In this document: positions 48,912 to 58,029 of the stretch, one piece after another
How the letters are laid out: each line of letters opens with the position of its first letter
Numbering within the stretch: the first letter of the stretch is position 1
Source: Helicobacter cetorum
GTDB lineage: Bacteria > Campylobacterota > Campylobacteria > Campylobacterales > BB28
NCBI GenBank assembly: GCA_022729755.1
Contig: DZAZ01000004.1
Span: forward strand, 1 to 58,029
Direction of reading: 5' to 3'
Length of the DNA stretch: 58,029 bases
The notes under the pieces: generated by a model
What the model was told of the DNA's origin: nothing
Databases searched by the model: none
The model's input: only the letters and a program-made list of their open reading frames with translations
Position numbers and translations under genes: made by a program

Positions 48912-51900
48912 ATGTTTATAGAAAGTAGAAGAAATTTTTTAAAAGCAACAACAGCTACAGTTGCTGGTGCTACTCTTGCAAAAGGTATATTTTCAACAAT
49001 ATTAGAAAGTGAAGCTATCGCTGATAGTAGCTTTACTAATGTACCATCAAGTTTAAATTTTTACCCACCACTAGAGCAATGGGATGATTTTAATGAGCTT
49101 GATGGAGATGATTGGAAAAGAGGTGGAATAGAGCGACACGGTATTGCAAGTGAGCAAAATCCTGATGGAATTAAAGTAAATAATTTTATGATAGTTCCAA
49201 CTGCTTGTAACAATTGTGAGGCAAGTTGTGGGCTTACAGCTTGGATTGATAAAAAAACTTTAACTGTTAAAAAATATATGGGTAATCCACTTCACGCAAG
49301 TAGAGGTAGAAATTGTGCAAAAGGTTATGCAGCAAAATCTCAAATGTATGACCCAGATAGAATTCCATTCCCACTAAAAAGAGCAGCTGGAAGTAAAAGA
49401 GGCGAGGGTAGATGGGTTAGAACTACTTGGGAAGAAGCACTAAAAACAATTGGTGCAAAAATGAGAGAAACTCTAAGTAAAGGTGATGAATTATCTAAAA
49501 AAATGGTAATGTATCATGTTGGAAGACCAAATGAAAATAACTTTACCGCCAGAGTTTGGCACTCACTTGGTTGTGATGCTTATGATTCGCACACAAATAT
49601 TTGTAGTGCAAATGGAAGAACTGGTACTATTTGGTGGACAAATGATGATAGAAACTCGCCAGATTGGGCAAATGCGAAATTGATTCTTTTAATCTCTTCT
49701 CATGCAGCTGATGCTGGTCATTACTTTCAACAATCAGCAGGTTTTATCGCTGATGCTAGAAAAAATGGTGCAAAAATGGCTGTACTTGACCCTAGAATGA
49801 GTAATTCAGCTGGAATGGCAGATTTATGGTTAGCACCGTGGCCAGGAACTGAATCGGCTCTATTTTTGGCACTTTCTAGTAGATTATTACAAGATAATAA
49901 TATAAATAGAGAATTTGTTAGAAGATGGGTAAATTGGGAAGTATTTATGAAAGATGATAAATACTTAAACTTTTTACTTAAAAATAAATATATAACTCAT
50001 CTTCCAAGTGGTAAAGGTTTTGATGATTTTGTTGGAACTTTGAAAGATTTATATAAAGATTTTACATTTGAATATGCTTCACAAGAGACACATATTCCAA
50101 TTGATAGAATTGAAAAACTTTATCAAATGATTGTAAATGCTGGTAATCAAATCTCTATGTATTTTTGGAGAGCAACAGCAGCTGGAAACAGAGGTGGTTG
50201 GATGAGTTCTGGTGGAACTGGATTTTTACTACTTTCACTCACTGGTTCAATTATGAACAAAGGTGGTGTTGGACTTCACCATTGGCATACTATTAGTGTT
50301 GGAGATAAGGGTGGTAAATCTACTATGGCTGAAACTCCTCCAAAAGTTGATGTATGGAATGAGTTAACATATCCACCAGAGTGGCCTTTATCAAGTTATG
50401 AAATGAGTTTTTTACTTCCGCATCTTTTAAGTGATACCCAGTGGCAAAATAAATGGAGAGCAAAAGGACTTAATATTCCTGAAAAATTAGCAGTTTATAT
50501 TCCACGAATGTACAACGGTGTTTGGATTAATCCAGATGGATTTAGATGGATTGAAGTTTTAAAAGATGAAAAGAAAATGGAACTTACAATGAATTTAAGT
50601 CCAACTTGGTCTGAAACGAATTGGTATTGTGATTATATTTTACCTGTGGGATTAGCGGGAGAGCGACACGACCAACACTCTGAACCTACAAAACCAAGCC
50701 GTTGGACATCATTCCGTCAACCAGTTTTAAGAGTTGCACTTGAAAAAATGGGTTGGAAACCAAAAGACCCAAGTAGAGGAACACTTGAAGCACATATGAA
50801 AGCTGGTCTTGGCGAAATTTGGGAAGAGAATGAGTGGTGGATTAATTTAGCATTTTATATTGACCCTGATAATTCACTAGGAATTAGACAATATTGGGAG
50901 TCAAAAAGAAATCCAGGATTTCCTGTTACAATTCACGAATATTACGATGCAGCATTTTCAAATTTACCAAATCTCGTAAAAACAGCAAAAGCACTCTATC
51001 CACGAAGTGAATTCCCTGTTTATGAATTTATGAGAGATAGAGGAACTTGGGAAGAGGAATCTAATATTTTTGATGCTCAAGAGAGAGTTGTAAAATATGA
51101 CGAAGCAAAAGATGTGTTTATCTCTCACGGACACGAATTTCCAGCACACGAAGCTCAAAAAGATGAAGATGGTGTACTTTATGTTGAACATAATGGCAAA
51201 AAAGAGACTTTTGGAGTTGAAGTTGATGGGGTTAAATATGAGGGATTTGCAACTCCTGATAAAAAATTAAACTTTTATAGAAATTGGGCAGTTGATTGGA
51301 AATGGCCTGAATATGCAATTCCATTCTATCCTAGAAATGACAAAGAAAAAGAGAAAATGATACATATCGTAAGTCATGTACACCATAAATATATGAGTGA
51401 ACCAAACTCTTTTGCACTAAATACAATTTTTAGACTTCCATATAATATTCATACAAGAAGTGTAAACTCTAAACATTTAATGGAAATTTCGCAAAATCAC
51501 AATCCTATATGGATAAATCCACTCGATGCAAAAAGACTTGGCTTTAAAAAAGGTGATGCGATTAAAGTTAGAATAGTTGATACTGTAAGTGGACTTGAAA
51601 GTGGATATTTTGTTGCAATGGCAATTCCAACAGAGGGAATGCTACCTGGAACTTTAGCTTGTTCACACCACGCTGGAAGATGGAAACTTAAAAATTCAGT
51701 AAAAGTTGAAGGCTTTGATAAAGAGCTTGGAGTAATGGGAATGGGTGCTCCTTTATCTGAAATTAAAACTGATGGAAGTATTGGAGAACTTAAATACATT
51801 GAAGGTGTAAAACCAATGAAACCGTGGCAATTTGCTGAATATAATAAAGACCTTGATAATATTTGGTGGGATGGTTTAAGTGGAAGTTGGCAAAATTCTG

Positions 51901-52160
51901 TAGCACCTGCTCATCCTGACCCAATTAGTGGAATGCACTGTTGGCATCAAAAAGTATTATTAGAGCCAGTTAGCGCTGGTGAAAAAATTGGTGATGTTTA
52001 TGTAAATTATGAAAATAATTTCAAAACTTATCAAGCTTGGAGAGACAAGTTAGCTAGACCACTTAATGAAAATGATACAAAAAGAAGACCTCGATGGATT
52101 AGAAGACCGTGGGTTCCACTTTCAGATAGAGCTTATGAGTTTAAAATTACAAAAAGTTAA
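48912..52160 (+). CDS. Tat-exported bis-MGD molybdoenzyme catalytic subunit (polysulfide/tetrathionate reductase-like)
   Basis: SRRNFLK Tat motif, CNNCEASC...NCAKG FS0 cluster, HTNICS, DYILP...ER, C-terminal IWINPLDAKRLG domain. Confidence 0.85.
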   Translation: MFIESRRNFLKATTATVAGATLAKGIFSTILESEAIADSSFTNVPSSLNFYPPLEQWDDFNELDGDDWKRGGIERHGIASEQNPDGIKVNNFMIVPTACNNCEASCGLTAWIDKKTLTVKKYMGNPLHASRGRNCAKGYAAKSQMYDPDRIPFPLKRAAGSKRGEGRWVRTTWEEALKTIGAKMRETLSKGDELSKKMVMYHVGRPNENNFTARVWHSLGCDAYDSHTNICSANGRTGTIWWTNDDRNSPDWANAKLILLISSHAADAGHYFQQSAGFIADARKNGAKMAVLDPRMSNSAGMADLWLAPWPGTESALFLALSSRLLQDNNINREFVRRWVNWEVFMKDDKYLNFLLKNKYITHLPSGKGFDDFVGTLKDLYKDFTFEYASQETHIPIDRIEKLYQMIVNAGNQISMYFWRATAAGNRGGWMSSGGTGFLLLSLTGSIMNKGGVGLHHWHTISVGDKGGKSTMAETPPKVDVWNELTYPPEWPLSSYEMSFLLPHLLSDTQWQNKWRAKGLNIPEKLAVYIPRMYNGVWINPDGFRWIEVLKDEKKMELTMNLSPTWSETNWYCDYILPVGLAGERHDQHSEPTKPSRWTSFRQPVLRVALEKMGWKPKDPSRGTLEAHMKAGLGEIWEENEWWINLAFYIDPDNSLGIRQYWESKRNPGFPVTIHEYYDAAFSNLPNLVKTAKALYPRSEFPVYEFMRDRGTWEEESNIFDAQERVVKYDEAKDVFISHGHEFPAHEAQKDEDGVLYVEHNGKKETFGVEVDGVKYEGFATPDKKLNFYRNWAVDWKWPEYAIPFYPRNDKEKEKMIHIVSHVHHKYMSEPNSFALNTIFRLPYNIHTRSVNSKHLMEISQNHNPIWINPLDAKRLGFKKGDAIKVRIVDTVSGLESGYFVAMAIPTEGMLPGTLACSHHAGRWKLKNSVKVEGFDKELGVMGMGAPLSEIKTDGSIGELKYIEGVKPMKPWQFAEYNKDLDNIWWDGLSGSWQNSVAPAHPDPISGMHCWHQKVLLEPVSAGEKIGDVYVNYENNFKTYQAWRDKLARPLNENDTKRRPRWIRRPWVPLSDRAYEFKITKS

Positions 52161-52171
52161 ATCTCATTTTT

Positions 52172-52185
52172 TGGGCTTTTGCCCA
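52172..52185 (+). terminator. Short GC hairpin after the molybdoenzyme operon
   Basis: TGGGC-TTTT-GCCCA with no clean downstream U-tract. Confidence 0.35.
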
Positions 52186-52219
52186 TCTCTTAAATTTCAA
52201 AAATAAAAAAGGAGATAGT

Positions 52220-52813
52220 TTGAACCAAAATATTGAATATATAAAAGAAGAACTCACTGCACAAGAGAAATTTTTAGAGAGTGTAATTAAAATTGAAACT
52301 TTTGCAAAAAAATATAGAAAAATATTAATAGGAATTGGCATTATTATTATAACTGCATTAATCACAGTTGCGATAATGGATTTAATTAAAGAAAATAATT
52401 TACAAGCTTCAAACAGTGCATATTTAACTCTTTTAAATAATCCAAACGATGAAATAGCAAAAACAACTCTTGAAAGTAAAAACCCAAATTTATATAATCT
52501 TTATCTATTTCAAAAAGCTATAAAAGATAAAGATAACACTCTTTTAAGTGAAGTGGCAAACAAAAATATTTTGGTATTTTCTGATTTGGCTAAGTATAAT
52601 TTAGCTTCAACTTCAAAAGATATTAATTTATTATCTAACTATTCAATTTCAAAAGATGCACTATTAAAAGATTTAGCTTTTTTTGAAGAAGCTTATTTAT
52701 TATTAAAAAGTAATAAAATAAATGAAGCAAAATTAAAGCTTTCAATGATAGAATTAACTTCGCCAATGAAAAAAGTTTCAAATCTTTTAGAACACTATAC
52801 AATCCAAAAATAG
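52220..52813 (+). CDS. YfgM/TPR-like membrane-anchored protein
   Basis: IKEELTAQEKFLES..KIETF.KKY plus TM; conserved upstream of the lipoprotein-coaX pair in Campylobacterota. Confidence 0.7.
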   Translation: MNQNIEYIKEELTAQEKFLESVIKIETFAKKYRKILIGIGIIIITALITVAIMDLIKENNLQASNSAYLTLLNNPNDEIAKTTLESKNPNLYNLYLFQKAIKDKDNTLLSEVANKNILVFSDLAKYNLASTSKDINLLSNYSISKDALLKDLAFFEEAYLLLKSNKINEAKLKLSMIELTSPMKKVSNLLEHYTIQK

Positions 52814-52821
52814 GTTAATTT

Positions 52822-53817
52822 ATGAAATTATTATTTCCACTACTAATAACACTTCTTTTTATGGGTTGCACACAAAAAAAGTATTTTGAACCTGAAAACA
52901 TTGCAGGAGATATTTCCTTTGATGGTAATTTACCATCTACAATTCATAAAACTCACAGTGAGGGAGCAACACTATTTAATGGTGAAGTTATAACGAAAAG
53001 TAAAGTTTTTGATATAAAATTGCCAAAAGAGTTTACATTCTTAAATGAAAATGAAAAATTCATATTAGCGACCAATAATTGTGGAGTTGTAAAACTATTT
53101 AATAAGCAAGATTTTAATCTCTCAAAAGAGATAGATTTTAAGGTAAATGTAGCTTCAGCAACTTTAAAAAATTCGCAATTAGCACTAGTTTTAGCAAATA
53201 ATACAATTTTAGTTTATGATTTAAATAGCGATAAAACAATGTTTTCACAAAAAAGTGAAGATGTATATGTATTAAACTCAAAAATTGCAAATCCTTACTT
53301 TTTAGATGAGTTAATTTTATTTCCAACACTTGATGGAAAAGTTGTAATAATCGATAGTGAAAATTATAAATTTATCAGAGATATTGTAGTTTCTAGTGAA
53401 AAATTTTTTAATAATATTATCTATTTAAGTGTTATTGAAAATAGATTGATAGCTTCAACTCCAAATAAAGTAGTTTCGGTAAATCCCAAATTTACAAATA
53501 GCATAGATGCAGGAATAAGGGATGTTTTAGCACTTGAGGATAATGTTTATATATTTACAACGGATGGTAAAATTATTTTGACCAACTTAGATTTAAATAT
53601 TATAAAAGAAAAAAAATATCCATTTGCTCATTTTGTAGGTATTATTAGTGGAAAGTATATTTATGGAGTTGAAAAACAGGGTTATTTAATTGCAGTTGAT
53701 AAAAATTTAATCACTTCAAATATATTTAAACTAAAAGAAAAAATTGAAAAACCACTTTTCACAACAGAAAATAGAATTTATTACGATAAAAATTATTTTG
53801 AACTTAGTAATAAATGA
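52822..53817 (+). CDS. Beta-propeller lipoprotein (BamB/PgbB-like)
   Basis: Lipobox FMGC, YFEP, FPTLDGK and FFNNIIYL segments. Confidence 0.75.
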   Translation: MKLLFPLLITLLFMGCTQKKYFEPENIAGDISFDGNLPSTIHKTHSEGATLFNGEVITKSKVFDIKLPKEFTFLNENEKFILATNNCGVVKLFNKQDFNLSKEIDFKVNVASATLKNSQLALVLANNTILVYDLNSDKTMFSQKSEDVYVLNSKIANPYFLDELILFPTLDGKVVIIDSENYKFIRDIVVSSEKFFNNIIYLSVIENRLIASTPNKVVSVNPKFTNSIDAGIRDVLALEDNVYIFTTDGKIILTNLDLNIIKEKKYPFAHFVGIISGKYIYGVEKQGYLIAVDKNLITSNIFKLKEKIEKPLFTTENRIYYDKNYFELSNK

Positions 53818-54467
53818 TACTTTGTGACATTGGAAATAGCTTTTATCACTTTTGGCAAAATGATAAAAGCTATAAAATTAGTGTAAATGAACCTTCAAAA
53901 CTTCCAAGAAATGAGATAATTAATTTTATTAGTGTAAATGAAAATGCTTCAAAAGAGTTGGAAAAATTTAATAAAGTAATTAACTTAGCTAATTTTGTAA
54001 ATTTCAATACAACTTATCAAGGTTTGGGAATTGATAGGATTTTCGCTTGTTTGAATATTGAAAATGGTGTAGTAATTGATGCTGGAAGTGCAATTACAAT
54101 CGATGTAATGGAAGATACAAAACATTTAGGTGGCATAATTTTGCTAGGTTTAAACTCTCACAAAAGAAATTATAATCAGATATCAAGTAAATTAAATTTT
54201 GATTTAAATAAAGGTGTCGATTTAAATTCACTTCCTCAAAATACACTAGATGCTATAAGTTATGCCACTTTAAAATCGATAATTTTAATTATAAATGAAA
54301 TTGCAAAAGATAAAAAATTGATTTTTACAGGTGGAGATGGAAAATTCTTATCCAAATTTTTTAAAAATTCAACTTATGATAAAGATTTAATTTTTAACTC
54401 AATGGTTACAATAATAATAGAAAATAATTTAAATAATCAAGCTTTAAAATATTTTAAACTAAAATAA
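53814..54467 (+). CDS. coaX: Type III pantothenate kinase
   Basis: CDIGNS, GLGIDR, DAGSAITID and TGGDG motifs. Confidence 0.93.
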   Translation: MILCDIGNSFYHFWQNDKSYKISVNEPSKLPRNEIINFISVNENASKELEKFNKVINLANFVNFNTTYQGLGIDRIFACLNIENGVVIDAGSAITIDVMEDTKHLGGIILLGLNSHKRNYNQISSKLNFDLNKGVDLNSLPQNTLDAISYATLKSIILIINEIAKDKKLIFTGGDGKFLSKFFKNSTYDKDLIFNSMVTIIIENNLNNQALKYFKLK

Positions 54468-54485
54468 GATAAAAAAAGGTGGTTA

Positions 54486-55097
54486 ATGCTTACAGTTGCC
54501 CTTCCAAAAGGTAGAATTGCAGAAGAAACTTTAGAAATTTTTGAAAAGATTTTTAATAAAAAATTTATATTTGAAGATAGGAAATTAATATTGATAGTTG
54601 ATAATTTTAAATTTTTGTTAGTTAGAAATCAAGATGTCCCAACTTATGTTTATCACGGTTCGGCTGATATTGGTGTGGTTGGACTTGATGTATTAGAAGA
54701 GAATGAGTTAGATTTAATAAAACTTTTAGATTTAGAGATAGGTAAATGCAAAGTTTGTATCGGAATAAAAGAAGAAGATGAACTTGATTTTTCTAAACAC
54801 GAAATAAAAGTGGCTACAAAAATGGTAAATATAGCTAAAAAATATTTTTCAAAAAGAGCAATGGCAGTTGATATAATTAAACTCTATGGTTCAATCGAAT
54901 TAGCTCCAATTGTTGGATTGGCTGATGCAATTGTTGATATTGTTGAAACTGGAACTACAATGAAGAAGAATGGATTAAAAGTGGCTGAAACTATTATGAA
55001 TTCTAGTGCTTATTTAATTGTAAATAAAAATAGTTTTTACACTAAAAAACAAGAAATTTTAAATTTATATGAGGAAGTAAAAAAAATAGTTGAATAA
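54486..55097 (+). CDS. hisG: ATP phosphoribosyltransferase (short form)
   Basis: ALPKGR, ADIGVVGLDVL and GSIELAP...DIVETGTT motifs. Confidence 0.97.
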   Translation: MLTVALPKGRIAEETLEIFEKIFNKKFIFEDRKLILIVDNFKFLLVRNQDVPTYVYHGSADIGVVGLDVLEENELDLIKLLDLEIGKCKVCIGIKEEDELDFSKHEIKVATKMVNIAKKYFSKRAMAVDIIKLYGSIELAPIVGLADAIVDIVETGTTMKKNGLKVAETIMNSSAYLIVNKNSFYTKKQEILNLYEEVKKIVE

Positions 55098-55126
55098 TTA
55101 ATAATTTACTAATAAAAGGATTTATT

Positions 55127-56872
55127 ATGGGATTTAGAATAAACACGGATGTTTTTTCAATGGAAAATAGCTTAAATCTTTATAATAATCAAAAGCTTTT
55201 AAATGAGTCGCTAACTCGCCTCTCTTCTGGACTTAGAATAAATAAAGCTGCTGATGATGCTTCTGGATTAATGATAGCTGATAGATTAGAAATTGAAAGC
55301 TCTACATTAGGTCAAATTATAAAAAATGCAAATGATGCAATAGCAATTATGGAAATTGCTGATAAAGCAATGAATGAGCAATCTAAAGTATTAAATACAA
55401 TTAAAGTTAAAGCAACTCAAGCTTCTCAAGATGGACAAACTACTAATACATTAAATGCAATCGAACAAGATATTTTTAAACTTATTGAAAACTTGAATAT
55501 GATAGCTAAAACTACTACATTCAACGGTCAAACTCTACTAGATGGAAGTTATACGAATAAAAAATTTAGCATTGGTGAATATAATCAATCTATAATATTA
55601 TCTATTCAATCTACAACATCTTCAAAATTAACAAATGTAACTTATAAAACAACTTCAATTTCAGCCGAAGGAACACTAGTAAGCACTTTTAACGATGGTT
55701 TAAATAATTTAACTTTAGAAAATGTTGTAATTTCAACTGGAAAAGATACAGGTGTAGGAGTTTTAAGTGATATAATCAATAAAAATTCCGATAAATTAGG
55801 AGGAATAAGAGCTGCTTGGGTAAATAATTTTACTTCTCAAAACCCAATAAAAGGTGGCGATATAATAAGCTTTTCAATCAATGGAGTAAGAATAGGCGAT
55901 ATTTCCGCACTTGAAGTAGGAGACCCAAAAGGAAGAGTTGTTAATATAATAAATAACTACAAAGATTTAACAGGAGTAAAAGCTTTTATAGAAGATGCTG
56001 GACAAATTACCTTTCAAAGTGTCGATGGAAGAGGGATTTTATTAAGTGGTGCTCAACTTAATAATCTTGGATTTTCAAATATAATAACAACTACTCAAAA
56101 TATAGTGCCAACTGGCGATGTAACTGGGCTTAGTATTAACGGTGTATCAATCTTGTCTGTTTCAAATGTTGATGGGACAGATAGTAATGGAAAATTAGCT
56201 GATGCAATCAATCGTGAAAAAGATACAACTGGAGTTGAAGCAACAGTTGATTCGCTTGGTCGTTTAACTTTAGAAAGTCAGGAAGGCGATGAAATTATTG
56301 TAAGAGGAGTAGAAGAGAATTACATAGATTTTTACACAAACAGTGGAACAGAAAGACATAGCATTGAATTTTTTAAAACTGGAAAAGAGAGTAGTTATGG
56401 AAATATAACTCTAACAAGAGTAACTTCTGCTGATTTGGGCCTAAATATAACTACAACTGATAATATAAAATTCACTTCATACTCAAGCAAACTTAATTTA
56501 GATAGTTTAAAAGACCAAAATTTATCTTTCAACGAACTTATGGCTATTGGTGCATATGAAAATTTAAGCAGTTCTACTCTTAAAAGACCAAAACTTTATA
56601 TGGCTTATATGGATGTAGCTGATGGTGCTATAAAACAATTAAATAGTATAAGAGGTGATATTGGCTCAAGTGTTAATCAATTGATTTCTTTGATTAATAA
56701 TATGTCTATTATGAAAGTAAATGTTTTGGCAGCTGCTTCACAAATAAAAGATGTCGATATGTCTGAAGATTTAGCTAATTTTAAAAAGCGAAGTTTACTT
56801 ATTCAAGCTGGAAGTTATGCTATGAGCCAGTCAATTGAGTATCAGAAAAATTTACAAAAATTGTTACTTTAA
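55127..56872 (+). CDS. Flagellin-family protein (divergent)
   Basis: MGFRINT, RLSSGLRINKAADDASG, two Flagellin_IN-like modules, C-terminal AASQIKDVDM. Confidence 0.92.
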   Translation: MGFRINTDVFSMENSLNLYNNQKLLNESLTRLSSGLRINKAADDASGLMIADRLEIESSTLGQIIKNANDAIAIMEIADKAMNEQSKVLNTIKVKATQASQDGQTTNTLNAIEQDIFKLIENLNMIAKTTTFNGQTLLDGSYTNKKFSIGEYNQSIILSIQSTTSSKLTNVTYKTTSISAEGTLVSTFNDGLNNLTLENVVISTGKDTGVGVLSDIINKNSDKLGGIRAAWVNNFTSQNPIKGGDIISFSINGVRIGDISALEVGDPKGRVVNIINNYKDLTGVKAFIEDAGQITFQSVDGRGILLSGAQLNNLGFSNIITTTQNIVPTGDVTGLSINGVSILSVSNVDGTDSNGKLADAINREKDTTGVEATVDSLGRLTLESQEGDEIIVRGVEENYIDFYTNSGTERHSIEFFKTGKESSYGNITLTRVTSADLGLNITTTDNIKFTSYSSKLNLDSLKDQNLSFNELMAIGAYENLSSSTLKRPKLYMAYMDVADGAIKQLNSIRGDIGSSVNQLISLINNMSIMKVNVLAAASQIKDVDMSEDLANFKKRSLLIQAGSYAMSQSIEYQKNLQKLLL

Positions 56873-56905
56873 AAAAGTTTAAAAAAGGAGAAGAAAAACT
56901 AATCC

Positions 56906-57949
56906 TTATTGCAGTTGTGCTGCAACTTCACTTGCAAAGTCACAACCTTTTTTATCAAGTCCTTCGCCAAGCTCAAATCTTACAAATTCGATTGCTTCAA
57001 GTCCAGCATTAGCTAAAACTTTTCCTACACTCTCTTTGTTTTCAGCTTTTACAAACTCTTGACTAAGAAGTGATAATTTTTGGTCAAGTAAAGTATTATC
57101 AGCAATAAATCTTTCGATTTTTCCAGGAATAATTTTATCCCAAATTTTTTCAGGTTTGCCCTCAGCTTTAAGTTCTGCTTTAATATCTTCAGTTACATTA
57201 GCCATAACTTCATCTGTTAGTTGTGCTTTACTTACAAATTGAGGAATATTTTTTAGAGGTTTACTAAGTCTTTTATTCTCTTCATTTTCTTTTTCAATCT
57301 CTTTAATCATTCCCTCAATTTCGCTATTAATCACATTTTGTGGAATTTCATCAGTTGATAAATATTTCGGTGCCATTGCAGCTGCATGCATACAAACATC
57401 TTTTGCAAGGGTTTTATTAGCTTCACTAGTTTCGCCCCTAAATGAAATAACAACACCAACTCTTCCATTTGCGTGAAGATAACCCATTACAAAGCCACCT
57501 TTACTTGCACTTAGAGTTACAAATCTTCTAACAACGATATTTTCGCCAATTTTTGAAATTTTTTCTTTTAAATACTCTTCAAAAACTACACCGTTAATTG
57601 TTGTTGAATTTAACTCTTCTATATTTGAAATTGTGCTTGAGTGAATATGTTTTGTTGTAGATTCACTTAATTCTGTAAATCCTTCGTTTTTAGATACAAA
57701 ATCAGTTTCACAATTAACTTCACTTAAAGTTGCTTTTGAATTATCGCTTGAAAGCTCAAGTGCAACTCTTCCCTCACTTGCTAATCTATCAGATTTTTTA
57801 GCCGCTTTTGCAAGTCCATTTTTTTTAAGATACTCAATAGCAGCTTCCATATCTCCTTTAGTTTCAACTAATGCTTTTTTACAATCCATCATCCCAGCAC
57901 TAGTTTTTTCTCTTAATTCTTTTACTGCTTGTGCACTAATATTACTCAT
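56906..57949 (-). CDS. tsf: Elongation factor Ts
   Basis: [37 protein letters not shown]; start ATG 57949. Confidence 0.98.
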   Translation of the reverse strand: MSNISAQAVKELREKTSAGMMDCKKALVETKGDMEAAIEYLKKNGLAKAAKKSDRLASEGRVALELSSDNSKATLSEVNCETDFVSKNEGFTELSESTTKHIHSSTISNIEELNSTTINGVVFEEYLKEKISKIGENIVVRRFVTLSASKGGFVMGYLHANGRVGVVISFRGETSEANKTLAKDVCMHAAAMAPKYLSTDEIPQNVINSEIEGMIKEIEKENEENKRLSKPLKNIPQFVSKAQLTDEVMANVTEDIKAELKAEGKPEKIWDKIIPGKIERFIADNTLLDQKLSLLSQEFVKAENKESVGKVLANAGLEAIEFVRFELGEGLDKKGCDFASEVAAQLQ

Positions 57950-58029
57950 TAAAATCCTCCTCACCTAATTCTACCCCAGCCTCTTCTGATGCGGTCATTA
58001 CTGCTTCAAAATCATCAACAGCAATATTA
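57942..58029 (-). CDS. rpsB: 30S ribosomal protein S2, acidic 3' tail (partial)
   Basis: Open acidic frame ...[24 protein letters not shown] overlapping the tsf start; call rests on conserved rpsB-tsf synteny. Confidence 0.7.
   Translation of the reverse strand, partial: NIAVDDFEAVMTASEEAGVELGEEDFNE

Noticed and set aside
55850-56310. Internal duplication in the flagellin (two SINGV...TGV modules)
   Set aside because: Tandem Flagellin_IN modules are a known feature of Campylobacterota flagellins.

Overview
AT-rich chromosomal window from a Campylobacterota (epsilonproteobacterial) genome, inferred from gene content and synteny. It is mostly housekeeping and respiratory genes: partial acs, a cbb3 oxidase operon (ccoNOQP plus accessory genes), murG, mqnA, tamB-hemA-ispB, hisD, the alpha ribosomal operon (rpmJ-rpsM-rpsK-rpsD-rpoA-rplQ), guaB, ppk2, a Psr/Ttr-type molybdoenzyme operon, coaX-hisG, a flagellin-like gene, tsf and partial rpsB. 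The most unusual structure is at 16.2-17.9 kb. A ~50-60 bp unit (upstream gene's Gly codon and stop carrying the RBS, 3 nt, then ATG plus signal-peptide coding sequence) occurs four times in direct orientation. These copies separate cassettes (a DUF4160/DUF2442 toxin-antitoxin-like pair and two coiled-coil membrane proteins) lying between an orphan nuoF and an 8.2-kb adhesin-like gene, apparently co-transcribed with murG. Other points of note: a kinase gene broken by exactly one extra TAAAA unit, a Fic protein lacking its catalytic His, orphan nuoF and hypB, and a structured leader upstream of rpmJ. I saw no rRNA, tRNA, CRISPR array, integrase or transposase. All calls come from motif recognition by eye; no searches were run.
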